Below the pieces are notes generated by a model, which had not been told where the DNA came from, did not search any database, and saw nothing but the letters and a program-made list of their open reading frames with translations. A stretch of 64,000 bases of DNA. Origin: Balanoglossus misakiensis (lineage: Eukaryota; Animalia; Hemichordata). A program made the position numbers and the translations under genes. Shown here one piece after another: positions 51,059-64,000 of the stretch (position 1 is the stretch's first letter; each line of letters begins with the position of its first letter). The stretch lies in the NCBI GenBank assembly GCA_040954595.2, contig CM082580.2, positions 2,656,783 through 2,720,782 of the forward strand. Reading direction: 5' to 3'.

Positions 51059-51207
51059 TTGGTCCCACTACATAATGCAGAGTGACCACATGAGGGCGAT
51101 ATGAACAGAATTTCATTTTTGTCAGAGGAATCCGATGGATTTTTGGCCACTTAGGCCTCCAGCGTTATTTATCATGCTTCATTCGTCCTTACCATATTCA
51201 CACAAAT

Positions 51208-52445
51208 AATAATATGTAACAGGTTTGACCTGAGTGCGAGCGCAGCAAGCTATCATGTATATATTCACATTGTTGTCAACACTCCACTTTCCACATGCAT
51301 GCCTCGTCAACTTTCTCTTGGTCAACTGAAGGCTTTGCAATACTTTGCCAAAGACGTTCCATTCTCTGATAGCTTCAGATTATCTATTTATCGAATTCTC
51401 ACAAGGTCCTTGGGGTAGTCTTGTTGTGGTTATACGTTTCGGCTAAAAAAAGAATAAATGTTGTTGGTGGTGGCCTCTTAAACGCGTAAAGTAATTTCGA
51501 AGTCTCGCGTGATTTCGCGTGATTAAGATTTCGCGTGATTCAATATGGCGCCGACCGTCGGGCTCTCGAAATCGTCCAGAAAGTGCCCAGAAACGCTACT
51601 AAATTTCATTTTCCAACTTAATTTTCCAACGTCTTTGATGGTCTTGTGGTCGGTGTACATTTCTGAGTAGGATTTGCGATGAATAACAACATTGGTTTTA
51701 CGTTTTAAGGAAGAGATCAAAATTAATGGATGCCCCCATAGATACGGGACGCACTTTTCGAACTCGTAGATATATAGAGATATACGTTCTATTTTCCATA
51801 ATCCCTCATTTTCGTACACGCGCTATCTAAAGTGCTCGCTACGCTTATATGTAACAGGTTTGACCTGAGTGCGAGCGCAGCAAGCTATCGTGGAAATTTC
51901 CCAATCACATTGTTGTCAACACTCCACTTTCCACATGCATGCTTCGTCAACTTTCTCTTGGTCAACTGAAGGCTTTGCACTTGCCAAAGACGTTCCATTC
52001 TCTGATAGCTTCAGATTATCTATCGGTGGGTTTCATTCTCACAAGGTCATTGTGGTAGTCTTGTTGTGGTTAAACGTTTTAGGCTCAAAAAGAATAAATG
52101 TTGTTGGTGGTGGCCCCTTACACGCGTAAAGTAATTTCGAAGTCTCGCGTGGTTTCGCGTGATTCAGGTGTCGCGTGATTCAATATGGCGCCGACCGTTG
52201 GGCTCTCGAAAACGGCCCAGAAAGTGCCCAGAAACGCTACTAAATTTCATTTTCCAACTTAATTTTCCACCGTCTTTGATGGTCTTGTGGTCGATGTACA
52301 TTTCTGAGTAGGATTTGCGATGAATAACGACATTGGTTTTACGTTTTAAGGAAGAGATCAAAATTAATGGATGCCCCCATAGATACAGGACACACTTTTC
52401 GAACTCGTAGGTATATAGAGATATACGTTCTATTTCCCATGATCC
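51208..52445. mobile_element. Head-to-tail pair of the element family seen at 33443-34293, with an adjacent flank deletion
   Basis: atatgtaacaggtttgacctgagtgcgagcgcagc starts at ~51211 and ~51848; the right junction skips roughly 250 bp of flank that other units retain. Confidence 0.65.
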
Positions 52446-53606
52446 CACAATCATTATTATGTTGGTTTTTTTATGTATCTCGTGGTTGTTAATGTTAGAT
52501 TTCTATTTCAAATTAAATCAATATGTTTACATATTTACACACTCAACTCAATAGTAATTTTAGTAGCCTAGTAGCCTATTGTTGTTCATTCTTGTATTTT
52601 TACAGTCACACATATACATAAAGCTACCCATTTCAAGTATACCTCCATATTTTGTCATTTTGAAAGCTTTGTATAATTAAATACTTGCATGTTATCCTTC
52701 TTTTAAAAAAAGTGGAAACCTACGGATGAAAATATCAGGGGTTAGTTGATATCCTTGGTGTTGTTAGTTGCGAGTTTCAATTGTTAAACATTTTAAATGA
52801 ACGACTCATATTGTATCAAATTAAAAATTCAAAATGGCCGCAAATCAATGTGTTAACTGTATGGAGAAAAAATAAAGTGGTAATTTTCACGAAGACAAAG
52901 TAGTGAATGAATTATTTTCTTCTTTGTTTCCAAAATGACTTCTCATAAACCTTAATATTGCAAAGAATTAAAAGGTTTGGATGACTATTATTTTTTTAAA
53001 GCAAGAAACAAACAAAAACAGAAAATTATTCCAAGGTGACATTTGCACATTTGTCAATGATAGGTACAGTTCACAGTCTCGTGGGAATTGAAATGTAAAT
53101 ACACCACGATTGGGCCTTTGACATAGGGGATCGTCGTGTGGTACAGTTGAATGTAAAGTCGGTTCTTTTGATGTCAAATTATTTGGCTTCTCTTTGTGAG
53201 TGTAATGAAAGACTACAAAAATATGGGACAATTCACCCGGCTTCATCAAATATTACACTATGAATTTAGATCTTAGCATGACAACAATCATTTCCCGAGG
53301 GCAAACCATTCTGCTATCCCCGGCGTGTCCGCTACACTTTTAAATTCAATGGCTCAGTATAAGTGTGTCTTTCCTTTTTAACTTGTAGGCCTATTCCAAA
53401 GTTCAATAGTCATTACTCCGTGGGGAGTATGAGTCTTTCTTTAGGAGAAGCTTTGAGTTCTCTTTATGTTCTGACAGTTGGTAAACGTTGTCTCAATGCT
53501 CCTCACCCATACCGGTACAGTTCGATTAAAGCCCTGTTTGATTCTAGCTATAGTTTCCACTTCATGCTACGGAGGCAAATAATATTATTAGTTTATGATT
53601 TTACGG

Positions 53607-53966
53607 AGAATTTCTCCCGACCTGAAATAGGTTTTGGCTACCTAGGTGGGTGATAAAAATCTCACATGGTCGACACAATTTCAAGATGGCCGATTTTTGC
53701 CGTGTTTAAGGAATAGGATTTCATAAGCTAAAGTGATGATGGGTCATTCTGAAACTTTTTAACAGAAAAAATAACAAAATGTGAAAAAGTTTAATGAGTT
53801 TAATATGGTAACTACAAAGACAGACATGTTTGACCAAAGGAAGTCATGAAATACAGTAAACATATCATTTCTTCTATCTCTTACTACAGTGGGTTGTCGA
53901 CTTTTCGACCAGAATGCAATGGGATTTAACCCCCTAGCGCAAAGTGAAAACCTATTTAAGGCAGCC
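53607..53966. mobile_element. Insertion 'Y', shared with 25508-25872
   Basis: Same left junction ttttacgg|agaatttctccc and near-identical body. Confidence 0.6.
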
Positions 53967-55964
53967 ACAAAACTAAATCGTATTATCACTGTATATTCAT
54001 GACATTTTGGTGTTTTAAAGTTGTGCGTGTCGTTGTATTTCGAATAACAAAATCTCTTTCTTCTTTTCTCTTAACAAATTGTTTAAAATTAACTACACAA
54101 TCGTCTCAGTGCATTGTACATAGCACGAAAAGCTACAATCACACACACAAACACATACAACTGAGGTTGTTTCTTTGTATTACACTCTAGTGTAACTGCT
54201 ACAATGTACGTCATTGCATCATTGTGGTTGTTACTGTGCATTAGCTGAAGTATAACTGTTAAATCATTGCAACCAAAATGCATTGTTACTTTTTATCACT
54301 TTTCCAATTTACTTTGATTGTTTGAGTGAGACCCCCCCCCCCCCTGGAAAAGTGCGAACAATGTTGATGTGGTCATGATTAGAAAAAGTCGTATGCGAAA
54401 ATTTTAGATGGCCCTCCCCTAAAAATTGTTAATACCGTTTTCATTGCTAGTATTGTTACTGCAAGCAAGATAAAAGAACAGAAAAATATTCCCAGGTGAC
54501 ACATTTGTCAATTCTAGGAACAGCTGAATGTTACATCGGTTCTTTTGATGTCAAATTATTTGGATTCTATTTGTGAGTATTATGAAAATATCGGCTTTTC
54601 TGAGAAACATGTTATACATCATCACCCATGCATCTTTCCTAAGACTATTTAGTCCTTATTTAAAAAATATTTCTTGTTTTCGCTTTCTGATAGTTTATCG
54701 TTCTCTTGGGTTTCAAACATGTACAGTACTTCTCAAACATTTCACCCTAGTTCTCTTTGACGTTTAATCTCATTTTTAATTCTGTTTTGCGTCTTGGTTT
54801 CTCTCTTTTTTGTAAATTTTCAACATTTACTTGCAGTCCACAATAATATTCGGAGTTATTTCAGATTACCCTTGAACTGAAAACAGTTAAGGGTACTGGC
54901 AAGTTGTGGATGAATTATAACGTTCACCAAATATGTATTTTAGAGTCACATATAACGTCACGTGGATTCTTGTGTGTACACTACACCAAGTCGATAGAGA
55001 TGACATCACCAAGCACTTACTGATGAAAAAATATTTATTTGGGAAAGCTTGACAAAAAATTAGTTGAGTACGCATAAAATTATTCATTTTCAGTAATGCA
55101 CTAAAATTATGCTGAGTAATCATTTGCACAAGCGCAAGTTAGAGATTCAACCTAACTAAAACAATACCCCAACAAATTGTCCACATGTCCACGGACAGTT
55201 ACATGGAATTGTTCCATTCACTTTCTATAATACATATTACTTGCGTCAATCGAGGCGTACATAGGCCTACATGCACTTCAGTAAATATATACTATGTTAG
55301 CAATATCTTACACCAACTGCTTAATGCACATTTATAACACCCTGGGATAATATTAGTTGTCATTCATCACTCGCTTTAAAGCAATCCTGTCAAAGTTTTA
55401 AGGGCATATTTGAAGGTTTGATGCATTTAAGTTTTCTATTAGGGCCATCGGAAACTAGAAGACATTTATCATCGAGCTTCTGACCATAGGCATTTTGAAA
55501 ACAAAACATAATTTACTTAATAATGTTGCCATTTTCGAAACATCTGACATCACTTCCTAGTCTTTTTTGCCGGAAGTCCAAATACATGCATCTTTCTTTC
55601 ACGGACTTGACTTTGTTGAGTGTGTTTTGTGGATTGGCTGTGCTGTACTCTTGTGACTCTTGTATTGTCTTGTGACTGTTTGTCATTGCAACCGGCAAAG
55701 CAAATACTGTATATTTGACCTATGAACTTAAGAGCATGAATGGGTTTTCTCTCAATTATTTCTTACATTATTCATACATGCCGTTCATCTGACATTGGGA
55801 AATATAACGGAATATATAATTTCATGCAGATCATATTTCAATTTAACTGGAAATCTGCTATTCACAAGTTTCCTTTTTCATGTCTCTATGGCAACACTGG
55901 TATAGTTAAATGAGTGAGTTTATAACTCTCTAGATCACAACAAGTCTTGATAGAAACACTGAAT

Positions 55965-58900
55965 ATGTATTACCTGGCAGGTCTCTTTTTTATATTGCTA
56001 TATTGTGCTTATATTGCTATGTCGGTACAAGGTAAGTGTACAAAAGACACATGGACTAAAATCTAACCTTAGACGGTGTTTTTGTCAATTTGTGATATTG
56101 CTGTGGCCTTTATCCTTACTAGATCTATTAGCGTGCAGTTTAGGTAGATCTTATATATATTTTCTGTGTTAATATAGGATATTTTAAACTGAAGCGATTT
56201 AAGCTGACATTTTCTTTATTTTTGTTCCAAAAATTTTATAAAACCACTCGAGAAATTGCACTTAAATTTATTATGAACGTATAAAGGCATGCATGTCTCT
56301 TTAATGCACTTTAAAATCATTGCACAGTTAACAATATTCGAGTATTTTTGTCATTCGTGGTATTAAACCTAATTTTGAGAATGCGCTTATGTGTCCTACT
56401 TATTTTCTTGTTACTTGTCAATATTATCGTAACCAACCTATTGTATTTGGGAGCAATTTTGCGCAAAAACTCCTATTTCAAGAAATCCCTTGTCTGACTG
56501 CCTTGTGATTTGGTTTATAGGGTCATGCCGAAATAGTCGTGGATATATTGTACTTGCGATCAGTTCTTCCTGCTTTGTGGTCAAAAACTAAAAAATGGCT
56601 TGCCGAAATTTTGTTTGAGGATCCTTGGGTATTCGTATCATGAGTAAACAAATAACTAAGTCAATCCCATCTCTATAACATAAGCAAACCTGGCTATATT
56701 GCAACTAAATTTGCGTCATGTGTAAAACAGTTTGTAATAAGTCTTCTCTTGGCTGTCCTGAACAGCTTATAGTTAACAACATTGCATACCTCATACGTCT
56801 GTTATATTCTACATTCTATTTCTTTTTGTCAGGATGCGATGAGAGATACAGACTGAGAAATGGAGAGGCAGTTCGAGTTAGTTCTCCAAACCATCCAGAT
56901 GATGATCACGACATCATTCTTGAGTGTACTTGGACCCTGACCAATACTGATGGTGGACTAATAATAGTCTGCTTCAGTCATTTCGAGTTGGTCTCGCAAA
57001 ATGACTCCATTTCACTTTTAGACGAGGGAAACGACAGCCATACCAGACAAGTGCTCAAATATACACACGATAATAGGCCTGATGACCCACTCATCTTAGT
57101 AGGTGATTTCGCTTGGATAATTTGGACGACAAGTGAGCAAAATACTGGATCATTTCATGCGACTGTAACTGCAGTGGAAAGTGAGTATCAAGAGTTTCAT
57201 TTCAATTATCTCTCAATTGAAGAGCAACAACAACAATGACGGTGTCAAAATGTTTTTATTTTTCTTTCTTTTTAATATCTTATCGTCACCGTCATTATCT
57301 GGGTTGGGAGATCGAGATTCCTGTGTCAATACCGCTATTAATAATGCAAATTTCAAATGGAAAATTGTCGCCGATCTCCATGTTACGTCTACAAAGAAAA
57401 CCCAGGTGACTTTTATGAAAACAAATCTCCTCACATATGTAGCAAAGGTTTTGAGGGCTATCATTTATCTGAAAATTTGTTCCCAGAGGCTTATGATGCG
57501 TCAGTGTAGAGGGTGGTATACCGGTAGGCCAAGCACACATACTTGCATGAGTGTCATAGTAAAGTCATCCAATGATTGTTTTTTATATAAATTTGTGTAC
57601 CAAAACACTCAATGTTGGCATGAAGGTTACACCTATATTAAAATCTACTGGATTGAATGGCCAAATATTTTCTCACATAAGCATATTTAATAGTTTGTGT
57701 AATGTTCTCGTTTGTACAATATAAATATTCTTCATCAGTGACTTGCGGTAAATCTCAACGTTCAGATATGCCCAGGGCACTATGCTCGCTGCTTTAATTT
57801 CGTACCGTCTTTTCTATACATTTCTACCCAATACACTTTTGCATTATATTTCTTATGTAGGCTCCGTCTCTGTGGACGCATGTCCAGTTGTATCAGGTGT
57901 AAGTATTAAACCAGACTGCTGAAAGGAATTCTTTTTAAAATGCAACATAAGAGCGCAGTTTGAGTCAAGTGCAGCGCCTCCAATGGGCAAGGAACGAGTA
58001 AGCTTCAGAACACGCTCTCCTGATGAGCGAATGAGGGCGTGGTTCAAACGAATATAGTTAACCATGATTATTTACCATTCAAAGTTTAGATCAAGACAAT
58101 AAATATTTGTCAATATATATCCTCGCGAAAGACGTGTGCCATCACATGGCCTAGGTCATTCGATGACTTAGACTTGCCCTCTCGTCATTAGAATATTTAT
58201 ATTTGGTTTACTGTACGACTATCTTGGAACTTTTATAGACTTTCAAAAGTCAAAATGAACTAACAAATGCTTCATTGTGTCATTTCTGAACACTGCCAGG
58301 TGATTGAACCATTTCATCTAGCATCTGCTATGATCAATGAACTAATGGATCTAAAGCTGCCTCTAGATGCAAGTGGGAACATAGCTAAAGGCAAGCAATT
58401 TCACATTTCTGACAAAAATTAGACGTTCCAGTTCACGATGTTTAGACGCTGGAAACTTTGCAATGAACATATATTTGAACATCATGTGTAAGACAAATGT
58501 TGAAGTGATGCCCGAATATAATCTATATATGTAATGAATAACGGACAATTGGGAAATGCATATTACTCATTCTGCCTCTCAGTTTCAATTTCAAATCTTA
58601 CAGAAATCCTGATGCTTCTGGATCAAGGCATTGTGACTCTTCCGTCGCCGGCCGATAAGGAAACAACAGACGTGGTGACCAAGTTCCTTCTAAACGCAAC
58701 TGATTCCCTCGCGAAGTCTGTTCTACGTGGGGTGGAACCTGGCAGTGGGCCAGTTATCATACATTCAGAATTCTTTCAATTGCATTTGGAAAGCGATTCT
58801 GTGGTGCATCTTACCAACACCTCTTTATTACTCCGAGGCGGTAATGGTGTGAAATTTCCACCGGCAGAGAAGATGTTCTCCAATGTAACCTCTGGAGCAA

Positions 58901-60489
58901 TTGTTAACAGGATTGTAAGAGTCTAACCTTTGTTGTTGAACATGTTATCTCTTCTCTCTCTCTATTTCCTTAACCACACTCTGTAAACACATGCCAATGA
59001 AGTTTATAATACATTATCGCCCATAGGTTAGCGTTTTTAACAGAAGTTTGCTTCTTCAAGACTACAATGGACGGAACACATTTCCAAGAAAATTTGTGTT
59101 GAGCTTGTCGTTTACTGATAGAGAAGGCAGAGAGTTAGAAGGTATTATATTATCATCACAATAATGCTTTCTAATATATGGTATGAGTTGGACTCGGATA
59201 AAATCTAACATTGAAAGATTTGTATGAACTCTACATAACTTGGTTTGTCTGTCTGTAAATATGGCTATGCAATATATATTTTCTTTTCAGCATAAAAGTT
59301 ATTCTCTAATTCACTCTTCCAGTGAAAGATACTAAGGAAGACATTGAAATCACATTTGCTAGTGAAGCACCTGAGCCAGAAACCGTCTCATTGATCGAAG
59401 GTGTGTACACCGAAGTCCATGACGTCACATATTTTGGATTAAATGTCGAGGTAGAGGTAGGTGAACGGAAATAAAACTAGTGAAATCAATTCTGATTATG
59501 TATACTGCTTGTGCTATCGGCGAGCCAATACTAACAGATATTAGCATTAAAGTGTTCATATTTCTCACAAAATTAATATTCATTCTATACATTCTATCGT
59601 CGCAGATAGCATGGTTGTTCCAACCATTTATCATTAAGTTTGAAAATTGCAAACCTCTGTACGGAAATACAACAGTGTACATCTTCAATGAACTTACGGC
59701 TTACTCTGACAAATACGTTGGATACCAGTTCGCTGTTGATATGGAATTTGCAGGAAATTTTTCCACGGTGTTCATCCCAGAATACTATTTCTTAAGAACT
59801 GGAGAATATTATTTCACATTTACCATTCCCCACAGTAAGTGTCCTTGTTTAACATTTACCTTACACTGCACTGAAGTATTGTACACATTTGTTGTTTAAA
59901 GCACATTTAATAGCTTGTGCATTGTCATGCATCATTTAAATTTACAAGTTCAAACCTATTATTTGTATCAGAACCTATCCTATCAATTCTTGTAGTAAGA
60001 AAGTCTGAACTACTAGGCCAAAATGCATGAGTCTACATCCGGGGTTTTAAAAGTTGACGTCACCACCACGTCAAAAAGAATACAACTTCTTTGAGATACC
60101 CTGACTTGTTTGTATTCTTTCCATTTTGTAGAGCAAGATATCCAGTTTGCATGCACTGTCATACAAACTAGGTGTGATTATCTGAATATCCAGACTGACA
60201 GCTGGGAGAGTGACGGTTGCCAGGTATGCACAAAGGTTCATCAAAATATAATTTGGATTTAGCAGAATCAATTTTGTAATTTGAACCTAACCGAATTCAA
60301 TGCAGTAGGCAGGAGAAATTTGAAAACCTGTAATTCTTGTCATATTACTCACAAAAATGTTCCAACTTTTCAGCATTTATTTTAAATCCGTAGGTTTCAC
60401 CATTATCAAACGTCACCTCCACTGTGTGTCTGTGTAACCACCTGACGACATTTACATCCGGAATGGCGACAACAATGATATTACCCTAG
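55965..60489 (+). CDS. Secreted CUB + GAIN/GPS protein, copy 5 (~506 aa)
   Basis: Exons 55965-56031, 56833-57180, 57861-57898, 58300-58390, 58604-58914, 59027-59141, 59323-59456, 59606-59834, 60132-60223, 60394-60489. Open frame with the same terminal stop. Confidence 0.88.
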
Positions 60490-60891
60490 AAAACGATTGG
60501 TTACATTCTAACCCATGATGCATTGTGATTTCCAACATGGCGGCGAACCAGTTGGTCCCTCTACCTAATGCAGAGTGACCACATGAGGGCGATATGAACA
60601 GAATTTCATTTTTATCAGAGGAATCCCATGGATTTTTGGCCACTTAGGCCTCCAGAGTTATTTATCATGCTTCATTCGTCCTTACCATATTCACACAAAT
60701 TATTTTATAGATAATAATCTATCATAGTGTCATTTAGGCCGAACCAGCATCATCACTATTCTCTGCCGAGCCTTTGGAGTATATGCCATGAGTTATTTAT
60801 TCAGAAACATTGAATTTGTTATTCACAAATGTGTAAATCATTATTATTCAATTGAATTTGTTGTCAACTTTATACAAATGAAAACTGTGAT

Positions 60892-61555
60892 TGGAAGTGC
60901 AAGTCCTCCCTGATTGGATGGCTGTGTGTGCAGGTGCACATGCACATAGTGGTTATCCAATATGCAAATTTCCTTGTCACTATAAATTTGCACCTCGCCA
61001 GTGTGCAAGTTTCATTTTGCCGTCAGGCCTTCTAGGCTACATGTTTGTGACCACTGCACTGCATGCTTTTTGAGCCCCTGAAAGCGTCACCATCTGAGGT
61101 AAGACTTACCTGTTTTATTTAGCGATACAGAGCGGTCTTTTCAAGAGAAGCAGCGACTATCCAGGACGCAGACTACTTCATTTATAAACCATTAAATTTG
61201 AGTGATTGAATAGAATTGATTTGAATTTACTTACCTGTAAACGCTGTATTTTTGGAATTTGCTTTGTAATTGAGTTTGAACTTCTGTATCGGCATTTTAC
61301 ATTTACTTTGAATACTTACTTGAATTTATTTTGTCTATGTATTTGTGTATACAGAACCGTGTTTTACCCGTACGCGTGTTATACCAGTGTTATACCAGTA
61401 TTAGAACCGTGTTATTACGTCGTGCACGGTCTATTTTGTATTCACCGAACAGTTTGCTCCTCGTAGAGAGTAAAATAAAAGGAGAATTTTTATACAACAC
61501 GAGTGTCCAGAGTGTGTACTCCAGGGGCCCATGCAAGTAGGAATTGGATCCTACA
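60892..61555 (+). mobile_element. Solo LTR (664 bp; BEL/Pao- or Gypsy-type)
   Basis: TG...CA termini (tggaag...cctaca); 5-bp TSD gtgat at 60887-60891 and 61556-61560; aataaa near 61474; the empty site aaaactgtgattaattttc occurs in other units. Confidence 0.8.
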
Positions 61556-62560
61556 GTGATTAATTTTCAATTCGAAACAATCTTGGATTCCAGATTGAAA
61601 TACAATCATTATTATGTTGGTTTTCATGTATCTCGTGGTTGTTAATGTTAGATTTCTATTTCAAATTAAATCAATATGTTTACATATTTACACACTCAAC
61701 TCAATACTAATTTTAGTAGCCTAGTAGCCTATTGTTGTTCATTCTTGTATTTTTACAGTCACACATATACATAAAGCTACCCATTTCAAGTATGGGCTAC
61801 CTTACATTTTGTCATTTTGAAATCTTTGTAAAATTAAATACTTGCATGTTAACCTTCTTTTAAAAAAAGTGGAAACCTACGGATGAAAACATCAGGGGCT
61901 AGTTATCCTTGGTGTTGTTTGTTGCGAGTTTCAATTATTAAAAATTTTAAATGAACGACTCGTATTGTATCAAATTAAAAATTCAAAATGGAGAAAAAAT
62001 AAAGTGGTAATTTTCATGAAGACAAAGTGGTGAATGAATTATTTTCTTCTTTGTTTCCAAAAAGACTACTCATATACCTTAATATTGCAAAGAATTAAAA
62101 GGTTTGGATGACTATTATTTTTCTAAAAGCAAGAAACAAAAAGACAGAAAATTATTCCAAGGTGACATTTGCACATTTGTCAATGATAGGTACAGTTCAC
62201 AGTCTCGTGGGAATTGAAATGTAAATACACCACGATTGGGCCTGTGACATAAGGGATCGTCGTGTGGTACAGTTGAATGTAAAGTCGGTTCTTTTGATGT
62301 CAAATTATTTGGCTTCTCTTTGTGAGTGTAATGAAAGACTACAAAAATATGGGACAATTCACCCGGCTTCATCAAATATTACACTATGAATTTAGATCTT
62401 AGCATGGCACCAATCATTTCCCAAGGGCAAACTATTCTGCTATCCCGGCGTGTCCGCTACACTTTTAAATTCAATGGCTCAGTATAAGTGTGTCTTTCCT
62501 TTTTATCTTGCAGTCCTATTCCAAAGTTCAATAATCCGTGGGGAGTGTGAGTCTTTCTTA

Positions 62561-63749
62561 GGGACCGTTCAGTTTTTACGGCGGGGGGGGGGGTGGCAAG
62601 TTTGTGTCATCGGTTTTCAAAATCAGGCCGACCCACCTTCACCCAGCACCAAAAAATGATGACCACCCCCATTTTGACAGACCCAAAAATATGATGACCC
62701 CCCCCCCCCCCCCATGCTGAAAACATTCGCCGTCCTGATCCTATGTACACTGTATGCAATAAAGGGAATGAGGCTCCTCACACCTCAATTATAAATTTCT
62801 TAAAGTAATTAAAGTATATAATAGTATATCGTTGCAATAAAGAAATCTATGAACAAATTAAAATGACAAGTCAATACAATAGTTGCTAGAATTGGTAAAA
62901 CAAGAAAAGTGGCGGGGGTGGGCGTGGGAGGGGGTGTCTTAAGAAAATTTTGTAAAATACGGTGGTCAAAGTTGTATTTAATTGAACTCAAAAGCAAATT
63001 AACTCAATGTTAGGGAGGACAAATTTTAAGTTTGCCACTCCACTCATAGTAAGCATCGGGGTGGGGCGGTAAGAAGTCTGCCCTGGTACACTAGACAAAC
63101 CAGCGAATAAATGCAATGTGGCGAAGAATGGAGGGGTGGGTGTGGGAGGGGGTGTCCGCCTCCCACATAAGAAAATTTTGTAAAATATGTAGCGCAAAGT
63201 TGCATTTTAATGAACTCAAAAGCAAAGTATCTCAATGTTTGGGAGGACCAATTTTAATTTTTGCCACTCCGCTCAAAGTTAGAAGATTTGGCGTCATCTT
63301 CGTCATGACATCATTTATAAAACTTCTAGAATATACAAGATGCAGCGCGAAACTATCAGTTATGCGAAATGGTTTAAACGATTATTCTCCCTTATGTATT
63401 TACTTTGTTAAATATTATCATCGGTGGGGTTGGGGTGGCAAGCACTCTGCCCTGGTACAATAGACAAACCAGCAAAAAATGAAATGTGGCGGAGAATGAA
63501 GGCGGTGGGTGTGGGAGGGGGTGTCCCCCTCCCAAATTAAAAAATTATGTAAAATAAAGGGTGCGAAACTGCAATTTTGTGGACTCAAAAGCAAACGTTC
63601 GGTGGCAAAAGTATGTGACCCCCCCCCCCCTAAACGTTTAAAAAACCCAGATGATCCCCCCCCCTTTGGACTTCAAAATTTAAGTGACCCCCCCCCCCTG
63701 GATTTTGCCGCCGCCCCCCCCCCTTCGGCCATAAAAACTGAACAGTCCC
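62561..63749. mobile_element. Harbinger MITE family A, same insertion site as 192-1371
   Basis: Identical junctions (ctttctta|gggacc...gtccc|atagg) and near-identical body. Confidence 0.85.
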
Positions 63750-64000
63750 ATAGGAGACGCTTTGAGTTCTCTTTATGTTCTGACAATTGGTAAACGCTGT
63801 CTCAATGCTCCTCACCCATACCGGTACAGTTCGATTAAAGCCCTGTTTGATTCTAGCTAGTTTCCAGTTCATGCTACGGAGGCAAATAATATTATTAGTT
63901 TATGATTTTACGGGTAATTAAATCGACAACTCATTTTACTAAATCGTATTATCACTGTATATTCATGACATTTTGGTGTTTTAAAGTTGTGCGTGTCGTT

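Larger units (their letters stand above)
1..64000 (+). repeat. Tandem gene-array unit (~8.5-9 kb core), 5 complete copies plus the start of a 6th
   Basis: The landmark atcaaata(a/t)tacactatgaatttagatcttagcatg recurs at 1, 10235, 23329, 35872, 53245 and 62371. Exons, introns and spacers recur in the same order and orientation; length differences are mostly explained by TE insertions. Confidence 0.97.

Overview
AT-rich animal genomic DNA; the transposon repertoire suggests a marine invertebrate, possibly an echinoderm-like deuterostome (inference only). The whole window is a head-to-tail tandem array of a ~8.5-9 kb core unit. Equivalent positions fall at 1, 10235, 23329, 35872, 53245 and 62371, and unit length varies from 9 to 17 kb because of transposon insertions. 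Each of the five complete units carries one intact 10-exon + strand gene that the ORF track does not show; I assembled it by hand from splice sites and phases. It encodes a ~505-508 aa protein: signal peptide, one CUB domain, a short Cys linker, and a polycystin-1/PKD1L-type GAIN domain ending in a GPS motif (C..W...GC...CxCNHL|TTF). A stop codon follows only 14 residues after the predicted autoproteolysis site, and there is no transmembrane segment. The array therefore appears to encode secreted, receptor-less CUB-GAIN proteins with a hypervariable CUB patch, one strongly divergent CUB paralog and a conserved GC-AG intron. The spacers and one intron hold an intact Gypsy (Mag-like) LTR element with identical LTRs, a degenerate LINE whose ORF1 has a 2A-like DVEMNPGP motif, a 5'-truncated LINE, probable solo LTRs and several non-autonomous DNA transposons. 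No insertion I found hits an exon.
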